A DNA stretch of 64,000 bases from Eledone cirrhosa (GCA_964016885.1 OZ024740.1:151466001-151530000); one strand, 5' to 3'; counted from the stretch's first letter, positions 1 to 15,483 are shown. Numbers and translations are program-made. Notes: generated by a model from the letters alone, not told the origin.

Positions 1-1445
1 TCGTCGGGCGCTGGACGGACGGACCGGTTGCTAGGGGTCTGGTTTGGTCCGGACCTCCAGACGGACAAAAACTGGAACGAGGTGACGACCAAGGTGGCTT
101 CTCTCACCCAGAAATGGGCGGAGAGGAAGCTATCACTGAAAGGTCGAGCGGAGGTGGCTAACGCGTACATCGCGTCCGTCATCTACTATCGCCTGACCGT
201 CGTACCTTGTCCTAAGCCCCCCTGACTGCGCTGGAGCGTTTTCTCTTTCGCTTTTTGTGGAAGGGACGTGCTCCGATGGTCAGGCGGTCCATCTGCTGTC
301 AACACCCGCTACGTGGAGGGCTGGGCATGCCGTGGCTGATGATGCGCAGACACGCGCTCAGGCTACGACATCTCCACCTGTTCCTCGACTGTGATCAGGT
401 GTGGTCGCCGTTTGCTAGACGCGTCTTTCCCCAGCTCGTCTCCTTGACGAAGCTGCAGTCCTGGGTCAAGCGAAGACTGAGAGGGAGCGCTTGGAGACTG
501 GAATGTCTTCAGGCGCTCACAGCCCTCGACCAATCGGGTAATGTGATCGGTGGAAACTCCACTTCAGCGTTCTATAGAGGATTAGTGGAGAGGAAGAGCG
601 ACGACGTACTTGGGCAAACTCTAGGGGTCGACGAAAATCAACTAGCCAATCTCTTCGGAAGAACTTTCGGGCCGGGGCCTGTGGACAACCTCCAGAAATC
701 CCTGGCCTGGCAGTACTACCGAGGAGCTTTCCCAGTTCGGGATAAAGTTCTTCAGGCATGGAGGTGCCGTCAGTCGGGAATGTCCGAGATGCGCGCAGGG
801 CGACGAAACCGTCCTGCACGCACTCGTCCAGTGTCAGAGCATTGCTGAATTGTGGGTTTATGTCGAAAACCTGCTGTGGCATGTACGACGGATCCGGCTA
901 TCAGCTGAGTCCATCGTGAGGATTGCCCCGCCGTCTTCCTTTAGCCGGGAAGGGCAGGCAGTTTTTATCTGTCTGATGGCCATGGCGAAAGAGATAGTAT
1001 GGTGGACACGTTTGAAAGGGCTGAAGACGAGCACTTACCTCTTTGGTGATGCCCTGATTAACCTTTACAAATTTCATTTGAAAAGGAAAATCAGAGTAGA
1101 GAGGGAAGTGCTCTCTTCCCAGCATTTTGTTGAAAGATGGGTGAGAGAAGCAAGTATAGCCCGAGTGAATGGGCCTACTCTGAGTATGTGTATGTAAATT
1201 AATGGTGGAAAACTGAGAGAGGGCACTTGCCCTGGTGGTCTGGGTCACTGTGGCCTTTTAATGGGCTTTCTCCACAAATGTCCCTCGGAAGTATCCCCCC
1301 TATTGGGGAATTTTTCATTGTTATTTTTTGTTACATCCTGTTTTTGTTTTTTTACACGCAGAAATGCCCATTTGTACCGTCCTGTATTGTCCTGTACTGT
1401 CCTTAATGTCTACTTTATGTAAACCCTTGTGGTTAATAAAGAAAG

Positions 1446-1447
<2 letters not shown>
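1..1447 (+). mobile_element. Tx1/L1-clade LINE, 3' portion (RT C-terminus, zinc-knuckle-like region, 3' UTR), disrupted
   Basis: ORF pieces 28-225, 255-848 and 850-1197 read LGVWFG...W..RKLSLKGRAEVAN, GGLGMP and a C..C....ET..H..V.C region typical of Tx1 ORF2. Frameshifts are present. The 3' UTR ends CCCTTGTGGTTAATAAA (AATAAA 1435-1440) followed by a (TTA)n tail. Confidence 0.85.
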
Positions 1448-1488
<41 letters not shown>

Positions 1489-1560
1489 TTTCGTCTTTTT
1501 ATTATTATTTTTATTTTTATTTTTATTTTTATTTTTATTTTTATTTTTATTTTTATTCTT
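1448..1560. repeat. (TTA)n and (TTTTTA)n simple repeat, LINE tail
   Basis: Directly visible. Confidence 0.95.
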
Positions 1561-2301
1561 ACCTGAGATATTTTCATCGTGAGCTTTACATCCCTAACCA
1601 CTAGGCAAAGCAATTTCATTACATTCAAGAAACTTTAGATAAGTAAATGTTCTTACTACTAGATCTACTAAGGAGCTTAATAACGAGAAAATTAGTTGTA
1701 TTACTAAATCTCTGCAAACGAAAGCGTTTCCATTAGCTGGACGAGCCAACGGCTAAGATTCGCTCTGGGGATGAAAACAGTTTATAATAGCAGATATGAA
1801 TTGCGAATGCATAAGAAGCTGTGAAGATGCACCTGCGTTTAGAATAATAATGAATCTTCCAATTTACAAATTCATAATTACGTCATTCATATTAGATGTT
1901 CTTTTCATATGGGTATTTAAAAACTTTCTCAGCAAGCAGTTTTGCATTCGAATGCGGGCGAAATATCACTCATGGACGAGATTCTTCACACTTGCTTCAA
2001 GTGGTTTTTCAACTTGCTAGAAAGAGCAACCAATCCTCCTTAATTTAAACAATATCATCTTTAAAATGGAAGAAGCCACTGGAAGTACCACAGAAACGGT
2101 TGAATAGTCACATATGAAATTCATTTTATCAAGTTTGAACAATCGAATTTGACCTGTTGCCGACCAAATTTGAAACCTTCACCTACAAAAAAAAAAACAT
2201 GAAGCTTGTTTTTTCCGCGCCACGAGATAGAGATATAGAAATGCTCACAATGCGAAACTTTAGAATAATCTCTCTCCCCTTCTCTATCACACCCACTCTT
2301 T

Positions 2302-2366
<65 letters not shown>

Positions 2367-2517
2367 ATACTTTGGGAGGGTCATGTTGCCAATAAGAAAC
2401 ACACGCACCAGTTGTGTCACTTCAATTTATTATAAATTAAATTTATATATTTAGGAATTTATAAATTTCCGGTTGGTTGGTTGGTTGGTTCCACAACCAG
2501 ACGATTGTTCATATATT

Positions 2518-2560
2518 GTCAAAGTTCTTTCGTCACACATTCTGTGACCTCTTCAGTGAC
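2518..2560 (-). ncRNA. Minimal type I hammerhead ribozyme motif (PLE pLTR)
   Basis: Reverse complement reads GTCA-CTGAAGA-G-GTCACA-GAATG-TGTGAC-GAAA-GAAC-TT-TGAC. Confidence 0.75.
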
Positions 2561-4678
2561 TGGGGATTCTTTTGTTTGTTTTTGTGCTTCTCCTTTGTTC
2601 TGTCCTACGCCATCTTGTTTTTGTGTGTGTTGTGTGCTTAGTTTGCGTATGTGTTACATCCGGGTGTCTGTGTGTGTTTATATTTGTTTATTTATTTGTT
2701 TATTTACATGTTACTGGTTGGTTGTTTGTTCTATGTGTGTGTGTGTGTGTTTTCATTTTGTCCTTAATTGTAAGTTGTGATGTTGCTATTCCATTTATGC
2801 TTTCTATTTAATTTTGGTTGGAGTTCATTTATGTTTATTGCCTCTGTGATTTGTCTAAACATTGCGTCTTTTCTGTGTGTAGATTTTATTTTTATTTCTA
2901 TGTTCTCTAATTTACCCTTATGTTCTATTAGCATGTTGGTAGAGTACAGATGATTCTTTACTATCCTGAAGCTCTCGCCAGTGTTCATTTATCCGTTCTC
3001 CTATACTACGAGCTGTCTCACCTTCTTATCTCTACATTGTCCTTCAGTACATCTTATGCTATATACTACATTTCTAGTTTTACAGTATATATGGGGGCTT
3101 AGTTTACAGATTATACATTTGTTATCTATACAGGGAGGTCTTTGAAAAGGGTATGTATTGCTAATAATTGTTTTTATGGAGGTACCTGGTCTTTCTACTA
3201 TCTTAATATTGAGTTTATGTTTATCTAGGGCCCTTCTGAATTTGTAAGCTAATTCACCTCTAGGGGTTGTATTGATGAACATTACACTCTGGTATTTATT
3301 CATGGTATGGTGGGACAATAGACTTAAAATTAAAGTTAAAAAACAATTAGAAGACAGCAATCTCTTAACCCTGATAATGTACTCCCGCTACGTTGATGAT
3401 ATAAACATCGTAGTAAAATCAGCCCCACTAGAGAACAGTCAGGAATTAGAGAAAAATACCATGGAAAGCATCCAGCAAATAGCTAACTCCATCCACATGA
3501 GTATTAGAGTTACTATAGACTACCCAAGCAAACACCCCAACCATCGATTACCTGTACTAGACACAGAGCTCTGGTTAGATACTATCAATAACAAAAAACA
3601 GATCTTCCATTCCCAGTATGCCAAACCCATGACTTCCAAATATCTGATCCACCGAAACTCAGCTGTTTCGGACCACACCAAAATCAACATACTGATTGCG
3701 GATTTGGTACGGGTGATGAGAAACGTGTCCCGCATGTGCAACCCCAAAGAACTAGAGAGACACATACAACACTTCATCCACCGTATGCAGTTCTCTGGTT
3801 ACAATCAGAGAGATAAGATCAGAGTATATAGAGGAGCCAGAACCAAACTGGGAAAAATGGTAAATAATGATACAAATAAGGCCTGCCCCTTGTATAGGAG
3901 CAAATTTTGGAATAGAATAGAAAGAAATAGGAATAAGGTTAATAGAATAAACTCATAGTATGATAGCAATAAATACCAGAGTGTAATGTTCATCAATACA
4001 ACCCCTAGAGGTGAATTAGTTTACAAATTCAGAAGGGTCCTAGATAAACATAAATATTAAGGTAGTAGAAAGACCAGGTACCTCCATAAAAACACTTATT
4101 AGTACTACATACCCTTTTCAAAGACCTACCTGTATAGATAAGAAATGTATAATCTTAAACTAAGCCCCCATATTAACTGTAAAACTAGAAATGTAGTATA
4201 TAGCATAAGATGTACTGACGGACAATGTAGAGATAAGAATATAGTGTACATAGGTGAGACAGCTCGTAGTATAGGAGAACGGATAAATGAACACTGGCGA
4301 GAATTTCAGGATAGTAAAGAATCATCTGTACTCCACCAACATGCTAAAATAGAACATAAGGGTAAATTAGAGAACATAGAAATAAAATAAAATCTACACA
4401 CAGAAAAGACGCAATGTTTAGACAAATCACAGAAGCAATAAACATAAATGAGCTCCAACCAAAATTAAATAGAAATCATGAATGGAATAGCAACATCACA
4501 ACTTACAATTAAGGTCAAAATTAAAACACATGCAAATAAAGAAATAAACAAACAAATATAAACACACACAGACACCCGGATGTAACACATACGCAAACTA
4601 AGCACACAACACACACAAAAACAAGATGGCGTAGGACAGAACAAAGGAGAGGCATAAAAACAAAGAAAAGAATCCCCA

Positions 4679-4721
4679 GTCACTGAAGAGGTCACAGAAT
4701 GTGTGACGAAAGAACTTTGAC
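4679..4721 (+). ncRNA. Minimal type I hammerhead ribozyme motif (PLE pLTR)
   Basis: Stem I GTCA/TGAC, core CTGAAGA, stem II GTCACA/TGTGAC, GAAA, very short stem III, predicted CUU cleavage triplet. Confidence 0.8.
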
Positions 4722-4939
4722 AATATATGAACAACCGTCCGGTTGTGGTACCAACCTACCAACCGGAAATATATAAATTCCTAAATTTATAAATTAATTA
4801 AACAACTGGTGCGTGTGTTTCTTATTGGCAACATGACCCTCCCAAAGTATAACAATATCGGTTTCAACACACGTTTTCAGATAAAGCATCTTGCTAAACA
4901 AATTCAGAAACGAAATATATATATATGCATATATATATG

Positions 4940-4994
<55 letters not shown>

Positions 4995-5105
4995 GTATAT
5001 ATATATGTATATATATATATATATGTGTGTATATATATGTATATATGTATATATGTATATATGTATATATATATATATGTATATATATATATGTGTATAT
5101 ATGTA

Positions 5106-5136
<31 letters not shown>

Positions 5137-5215
5137 ATATATATATATGTATATATGTATATATATGTATATATGTATATATATGTATATATATATATAT
5201 ATGTGTATATATGTA

Positions 5216-5246
<31 letters not shown>

Positions 5247-5293
5247 ATATATATATATGTATATATGTATATATATATATATGTATATATATG

Positions 5294-5342
<49 letters not shown>

Positions 5343-5405
5343 GTATATATATATATATGTATATATATAAATGTATATATATATATGTGTATATATATAT
5401 ATGTG

Positions 5406-5470
<65 letters not shown>

Positions 5471-5605
5471 GTATATATATATGTATATATATATATATGT
5501 ATATATATATGTATATGTATATATATATGTATATGTATATATATATATGTATATATATGTATATATGTATATGTATATATGTATATATGTATATATGTAT
5601 ATATG

Positions 5606-5636
<31 letters not shown>

Positions 5637-5727
5637 ATATGTATATATATGTATATATGTATATATATATATGTGTATATATGTATATATGTATATATAT
5701 ATATATGTATATATATATGTATTTATG

Positions 5728-5760
<33 letters not shown>

Positions 5761-6072
5761 ATATGTATATATATGTATATATATATATGTGTATATATGT
5801 ATATATGTATATATATATATATGTATATATATATGTATATATGTATATATATATGTATTTATGTATATATATATATATGTATATATATATGTATATATAT
5901 ATGTATATATATATATGTATATATATATATATGTATATATATATGTATATGTATATGTATATATATATGTATATATATATGTATATGTATATGTATATAT
6001 ATATGTATATATATGTTTATATATATGTATATATATATGTATATATATATGTATATATATGTTTATATATAG

Positions 6073-6108
<36 letters not shown>

Positions 6109-6151
6109 ATATATGTATATGTATATATATATGTATATGTATATATATATG

Positions 6152-6207
<56 letters not shown>

Positions 6208-6500
6208 TATATGTATATGTATATATGTATATGTATATGTATATATATATATGTATATGTATATATATATATGTATATGTATATATATATATGTATATAT
6301 ATATATGTATATATGTATACATATGTATATATGTATATATATGTATATATGTATATATATATGTATATATAAATGTATATATATATATGTATATATGTAT
6401 ACATATGTATATATGAATATATATGTATATATGTATATATAAATGTATATATGTATATGTATATGTATATATATGTATATATGTATATATAAATGTATAT

Positions 6501-6548
<48 letters not shown>

Positions 6549-7383
6549 GTATATATGTATACATATGTATATATGTATATATAAATGTATATATATATAT
6601 GTATATATATATATGTATATATAAATGTATATATATATGTATATATAAATGTATATATATATATATGTATATATAAATGTATATATATATATATGTATAT
6701 ATAAATGTATATATATATATGTATATATAAATGTATATATATATATATGTATATATAAATGTATATATATATATGTATATATAAATGTATATATATATAT
6801 ATATGTATATATATATGTATATATAAATGTATATGTATATATAAATGTATATATATATATATATAGTATATATAAATGTATATATATATGTATATATATA
6901 TATATGTATATATAAAAATGTATATATATATATGTATATAAAAATGTATATATATATATATGTATATATAAAAATGTATATATATATATGTATATATAAA
7001 TGTATATATATATATATGTATATATATAAATGTATATATATATATATGTATATATAAAAATGTATATATATATATATGTATATATAAATGTATATATATA
7101 AATGTATATATATATATGTATATATATATATGTATATATAAATGTATATATATGTATATATAAATGTATATATATATATGTATATATATGTATATATAAA
7201 TGTATATATATATATATATATATAAATGTATATATATATATTTGTATATATATATATATATGTATATATATGTATATATATATATATGTATATATAAATG
7301 TATATATATATATATGTATATATATGTATATATATATGTATATATATGTATATAAAAAAATATATATATATATGTATATAAAA

Positions 7384-7435
<52 letters not shown>

Positions 7436-7475
7436 GTATATATATGTATATATATGTATATATATGTATATAAAA

Positions 7476-7529
<54 letters not shown>

Positions 7530-7634
7530 GTATATATATGTATATATATGTATATATGTATATATATGTATATATATATATATATGTATATATATGTATA
7601 TATATATATATATGTATATATATGTATATATATG

Positions 7635-7665
<31 letters not shown>

Positions 7666-7666
7666 G

Positions 7667-7735
<69 letters not shown>

Positions 7736-7914
7736 GTATATTTATATGTATATATGTATGTATGTATGTGTATATATATATATGTATGTATATATAAATA
7801 TGTATATATGTATGTATATATATATGTATATATATATATATGTATGTATATATAAATATATATATATGTATGTATATATAAATATGTATATATGTATGTA
7901 TATATGTATGTATG

Positions 7915-7947
<33 letters not shown>

Positions 7948-8361
7948 GTATGTATATATGTATGTATATATATATATGTATGTATATATGTATGTATATA
8001 TATATGTATGTATATATATATGTATATATATATGTATGTATATATATATGTATATATATATGTATGTATATATATATGTATATATATATGTATATATATA
8101 TGTATATGTATGTATGTATATCTATATATGTATGTATGTATATGTATATATGTATATGTATGTATATATATATATATGTATATATGTATGTATATATCTA
8201 TATGTATATATGTATGTATGTATATGTATGTATATATATATATATGTATATATGTATGTATATATCTATATGTATATATGTATGTATGTATATGTATATA
8301 TGTATATGTATGTATATATATGTATATTTATGTATGTATATATATGTATATGTATATATGT

Positions 8362-8970
8362 GTCAGGTCGCCTGTTGGTACTACTGGTAACATGTATCCC
8401 AGTACAACCTGTCTCATGGTCGGGACGTTGGCGACTAAACTGGCAACCCCACCAAGGTTTCTTGGTGTGGAGGGTGACTTTGGACATCCTGCAGGACTAA
8501 AAACAAAACCTGTCAAAGGGCAAAGGAGCTCTTCAGTGTCAATGGCCACCCAAAATCACCGGGAGAGATGACCCCTTAGCCTTTGTCAAAGCAGAATTCT
8601 AGGAGAAGGAAAACTCTGATATAACACCTGCAACCCTGATGGTATCCATTGATGTTGACTTGTTCTTCTTTTTGGCAAACATCATCTTGGTTAAGAGAGT
8701 GGGACTGGCTTTGTGCAGTGCCTTTGCTCACTATAAAAGCTTCACGGCACAGGCATTGCTTTATATCTGGAGATCTCTCTGCACAAGTCGTCACATGGTA
8801 CCATGGGCCCAGCACTATGTGTCGATAATTGTCACAAGTGTAGTGTTTGTACCAGAGTTTTCAATACGCTGGCTGGACTAAAAAGTCACACTCGTTCAGC
8901 GCATCGGTAGGCGTTCTCCTACATGGATATAAAGTAGTGGCCGTACTCGAAAACGAGTTGGCAGCCACCA
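8362..8970 (+). mobile_element. Bipartite non-autonomous RTE (5' UTR fused to ORF2 3' end and 3' UTR), copy 1
   Basis: RTE-type 5' UTR motif CTAGGAGAAGGAAAACTCTGAT. The 5' part is similar to 55455-55630, which lies upstream of an RTE ORF. 8830-8910 translates [26 protein letters not shown] (terminal C2H2 finger). 3' stem-loop at 8940-8962 and CCA tail. Near-identical copy at 16579-17190. Confidence 0.8.
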
Positions 8971-8981
8971 TATGTATATAT

Positions 8982-9015
<34 letters not shown>

Positions 9016-9029
9016 GTATGTATATATAT

Positions 9030-9070
<41 letters not shown>

Positions 9071-9452
9071 GTATGTATATATGTATATATATATGTATAT
9101 ATATATGTATATGTATATATATATATGTATATATATGTGTATGTATATATATATATGTATATATATATATGTATATATATATATGTATATATATATATGT
9201 ATATATATATGTATATATATATGTATATATATATATATGTATATATATATGTATATATATATATGTATATATATATATGTATATATATATATATGTATAT
9301 ATATATGTATATATATATATGTATATATATATATATGTATATATATATGTATATATATATATGTATATATATATATATGTATATATATATGTATATATAT
9401 ATATGTATATATATATATATGTATATATATATGTATATATATATATGTATAT

Positions 9453-11506
9453 AAAAAAATCAACAATCTGAAATACTGTCAGCAGCAACACATCAACTTG
9501 ACTGCCATTTCATCACTAGAATTAAAAAACATAACCTCCAAAACAACATAATGTCCCTCATCAACAATCAGAGAAGAGCTGAAGAGGCCTGGGCCATTGA
9601 GAAGATCAAACTCAATCCCAAAGTGTTCTTTTCATTTGCAAAAAAACACAAAATCACTGGCTCTACTGTTGGCCCTCTAATTGATGAAAATGGCACTCTT
9701 CAAGACAATGCTAAAACCATGGGTGAGATACTGCAGAAACAATACTGCTCTGTTTTCAGCAATCCTGATATGGCCGATCTGGGCTGTATCGGCGATGTTA
9801 CTCCCCATTACACCTTATCGGACATAACGTTTGGCGCCCCTGATGTCTTGGCGGCAATAAAGGAAATCAAGCATAATTCAGCAGTAGGTCCCGATAGGTT
9901 CCCTGCTTGTGTCTTGAAGGCGTGTCAACACCAACTTGCTTCTCCTCTTGCCAATCTGTGGCGGAACTCACTGGATGCTGGATATGTGCCAGAAAACCTT
10001 CTATCCCAGTCTGTTGTCCCAGTTTTCAAAAAGGGAAACAAATCCCTTGCCGTGAATTACCGTCCAATCTCACTCACCTCTCATATCATTAAGGTATTTG
10101 AGCGAGTGGTGAGATCGCGAATGACCCACTTCCTTGAGAGTAACAATATGCTGAACTCCAACCAGCATGGATTCCGTAATGGAAGGGATTGCCTGACGCA
10201 ACTACTGCATCACTTTGATGACATTTTGAGAGCCTTGGGAGAGGGTCCAACACTGATGTTATCTACCTTGATTTCAGCAAGGCCTTTGACAGGGTTGATC
10301 ATAACATTCTACTGAGAAAGCTGTCCAATATTGGTGTCACTGGAAAGCTGCTGCAGTGGATCAAGAGCTTCCTGTCAAACAGAACCCAACATGTTGTAGT
10401 TGAGGGAGTCAAATCAAGCCCAGCCAAAGTCAGTAGTGGAGTCCCACAAGGCACTGTGTTGGGCCCACTTCTCTTCATCATCTATATTAATGACATCACT
10501 GACATCATCAAACACAGCAACATTAAAATTTTCGCTGATGATTCCAAGCTCCAAAAGGTCATCAATGGCGTGGATGACCGGATAAGCCTTCAGTCAGACC
10601 TACTGGCTGTTACCCAATGGGCAGAAAAGAACAACATGTTACTGAACGAAGACAAATTCGAACTGATCCACTTTGGAAAAGAGGATGCTCTGAAACTCCC
10701 GTACTCCCTTCCCTCCGGGGAAACTCTCGTGGCATCTAACAACATCAGAGACTTGGGAGTAACCGTGGACAGCAACATAAGCTGGACCACGCATATAAGC
10801 AGCAAAGTTGACATGGCCCGCAGAATGTGTTCCTGGATCCTCAGAACCTTCCAGTCGAGAGATTCCCGCACCATTATCCTTCTCTTCTCTACTTTCGCCC
10901 GACCACACCTTGAATACTGTTGTCCACTGTGGTCTCCCCACACGAAACAAAGTATCATGAAACTTGAAGCTCCTCAAAGGGCAATCACGAAAAAGATAGA
11001 TGGCATGTCAGACCTTGACTACTGGGGTCGATTGGAAAACCTGAAACTTTACTCACTCCAACGTCGCCGTGAGCGTTATATTATCTGCATGATGTGGAAA
11101 ATGTTCCATCATCACTGCCCAAATGATGTTGGCATCGCCTTCAAGATACACCCAAGGCTTGGGCCCCCGTGCTATCCGTCCCATTCAAAAATCTAAATCG
11201 CAACTCATAACAACAATACGGCACAATTATTTCACCTCAATCGGCCCTGCTCTCTTCAACATCACACCAGGACACGTCAAAACAGAAACTGACCACACAA
11301 AATTCAAGAAGTCTTTGGACAAATTCCTCCAAGTAATCCCGGACAAACCACCCACACCCGGATATGTCTCCGCAAACAGTAATTCTCTTCTCGAATGGGC
11401 CATGGTGCCCAAATCCTGAATTGAAAGACTTCGCCAGGTGGTGCTATTAAGTTAGACATGGCCTGGGCCAATACTGGCCAAAACATTTCAAAGTTATTCA
11501 AAGTTA
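9453..11506 (+). mobile_element. CR1-clade LINE, 5'-truncated RT pseudogene
   Basis: ORFs 9551-10315, 10456-11196 and 11123-11419 contain GPD, NYRPISLTS, QHGFR, (PQG)TVLGP, FADD and LEYC..WSP, with two frameshifts. Tail is TTCAAAGTTA x2 (11487-11506). Confidence 0.9.
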
Positions 11507-11586
11507 TATATATATATATGTATATATATATGTATATATATATGTATATATATATGTATATATATATATATATGTATATATATATG

Positions 11587-11649
<63 letters not shown>

Positions 11650-11760
11650 GTATATATATGTATATATATATATATGTATATATATATATGTATATATATA
11701 TATGTATATATATATATGTATATATATATGTATAAATATATATATGTATATATATATATG

Positions 11761-11827
<67 letters not shown>

Positions 11828-11849
11828 GTATATATATATGTATATATAT

Positions 11850-11947
<98 letters not shown>

Positions 11948-11952
11948 ATATA

Positions 11953-12051
<99 letters not shown>

Positions 12052-12052
12052 G

Positions 12053-12125
<73 letters not shown>

Positions 12126-12178
12126 GTATGTATATATATATATATATATGTATGTATATATATATATATATATGTATG

Positions 12179-12215
<37 letters not shown>

Positions 12216-12216
12216 G

Positions 12217-12265
<49 letters not shown>

Positions 12266-12266
12266 G

Positions 12267-12313
<47 letters not shown>

Positions 12314-12407
12314 GTATATATATATGTATATATATATGTATATGTATATATATATGTATATATATATGTATATATATGTATATATATATGTATATATATA
12401 TATATTA

Positions 12408-12460
<53 letters not shown>

Positions 12461-12475
12461 ATATATATGTATATA

Positions 12476-12574
<99 letters not shown>

Positions 12575-12626
12575 GTATATATATATGTATATATATATGT
12601 ATATATATATGTATATATATATGTAT

Positions 12627-12658
<32 letters not shown>

Positions 12659-12810
12659 TATGTATATAGATATGTATATATATATGTATATATATATATA
12701 TGTATATAGATATGTATATATATATGTATATATATATATATATGTATATAGATATGTATATATATATGTATATGTATATAGATATGTATATATATATGTA
12801 TATATATATG

Positions 12811-12846
<36 letters not shown>

Positions 12847-12938
12847 TATGTATATAGATATGTATATATATATGTATATATATCTATATATATGTATATA
12901 TATATGTATATATATCTATATATATGTATATATATATG

Positions 12939-12973
<35 letters not shown>

Positions 12974-13047
12974 GTATGTATATATAATATATGTATGTAT
13001 ATATATATATATATGTATATGTATATATATCTATATATATGTATATA

Positions 13048-13118
<71 letters not shown>

Positions 13119-13123
13119 GTATG

Positions 13124-13180
<57 letters not shown>

Positions 13181-13196
13181 GTATATAGATATGTAT

Positions 13197-13230
<34 letters not shown>

Positions 13231-13299
13231 GTATATAGATATGTATATATATATGTATATATATATATATATATGTATATAGATATGTATATATATATG

Positions 13300-13335
<36 letters not shown>

Positions 13336-13385
13336 TGTATATAGATATGTATATATATATGTATATATATATGTATATATATATG

Positions 13386-13416
<31 letters not shown>

Positions 13417-13599
13417 GTATATATAGATATGTATATATATATGTATATATATATATATAGATATGTATATATATATGTATATATGTATATATATATATAT
13501 AGATATGTATATATATATGTATATATGTATATATATATATAGATATGTATATATATATGTATATATGTATATATATATATAGATATGTATATATATATG

Positions 13600-13635
<36 letters not shown>

Positions 13636-13685
13636 GATATGTATATATATATGTATATATATATATAGATATGTATATATATATG

Positions 13686-13743
<58 letters not shown>

Positions 13744-13847
13744 GATATGTATATATATATGTATATATATATGTATATATGTATATATATATGTATATAT
13801 GTATGTATATATATGTATATATATATATAGATATGTATATATATATG

Positions 13848-13913
<66 letters not shown>

Positions 13914-13961
13914 GATAGGTATATATATGTATATATATATATATAGATAGGTATATATATG

Positions 13962-14006
<45 letters not shown>

Positions 14007-14208
14007 GTATATAGATATGTATATAGATATGTATATATATGTATATATATATATCTGTATATATATATATATATATGTATATATATGTGTATATATATAT
14101 GTATATATATATATATATGTATATATATGTATATATATATATGTATATATATATATATGTATATATATGTATATAGATATGTATATATATATATATGTAT
14201 ATATATGT

Positions 14209-14241
<33 letters not shown>

Positions 14242-14270
14242 GTATATATATATATATGTATATATATATG

Positions 14271-14304
<34 letters not shown>

Positions 14305-14423
14305 TATGTATATGTATATATATGTATATGTATATATTATGTATATATATATATATGTATATATATATGTATATATATATGTATATATATATATATATGT
14401 ATATATATATGTATATATATATG

Positions 14424-14492
<69 letters not shown>

Positions 14493-14607
14493 GTATATAT
14501 ATATATATGTATATATATATGTATATATATATATATGTATATATATATGTATATATATATATATATGTATATATATATGTATATATATATATATGTATAT
14601 ATATATG

Positions 14608-14638
<31 letters not shown>

Positions 14639-14945
14639 GTATATATATATGTATATATATATATATGTATATATATATGTATATATATATATATGTATAT
14701 ATATATGTATATATATATATGTATATATATATGTATATATATATATATATGTATATATATATGTATATATATATATATATGTATATATATATGTATATAT
14801 ATATGTATATATATATATATGTATATATATATGTATATATATATATATGTATATATATATGTATATATATATATATGTATATATATATGTATATATATAT
14901 ATATGTATATATATATGTATATATATATATATGTATATATATATG

Positions 14946-14984
<39 letters not shown>

Positions 14985-14999
14985 CTATATATATATATG

Positions 15000-15030
<31 letters not shown>

Positions 15031-15055
15031 GTATATATATATGTATATATATATG

Positions 15056-15086
<31 letters not shown>

Positions 15087-15087
15087 G

Positions 15088-15196
<109 letters not shown>

Positions 15197-15211
15197 GTAT
15201 ATATATATATG

Positions 15212-15242
<31 letters not shown>

Positions 15243-15287
15243 GTATATATATATGTGTATATATATATATATGTATATATATATATG

Positions 15288-15318
<31 letters not shown>

Positions 15319-15483
15319 GTATATATATATGTGTATATATATATATATGTATATATATATGTGTATATATATATATATGTATATATATATGTGTATATAT
15401 ATATATATGTGTATATATATATATATGTATATATATATATGTATATATATATATGTATATATATATATGTATATATATATATG

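Larger units (their letters stand above)
2362..4915 (+). mobile_element. Penelope-like element (Neptune-type), 5'-truncated, with inverted copy of its 3' part
   Basis: The + strand 3301-4915 encodes RT C-terminus (SRYVDD, LPVLD, YAKP), a C-x4-C-x2-C linker and GIY-YIG nuclease (NVVYSIRC...VYIGETARSIGERINEH). 2362-3300 is the reverse complement of about 3968-4855. Left end abuts (CT)n and right end abuts (TA)n. Confidence 0.9.
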
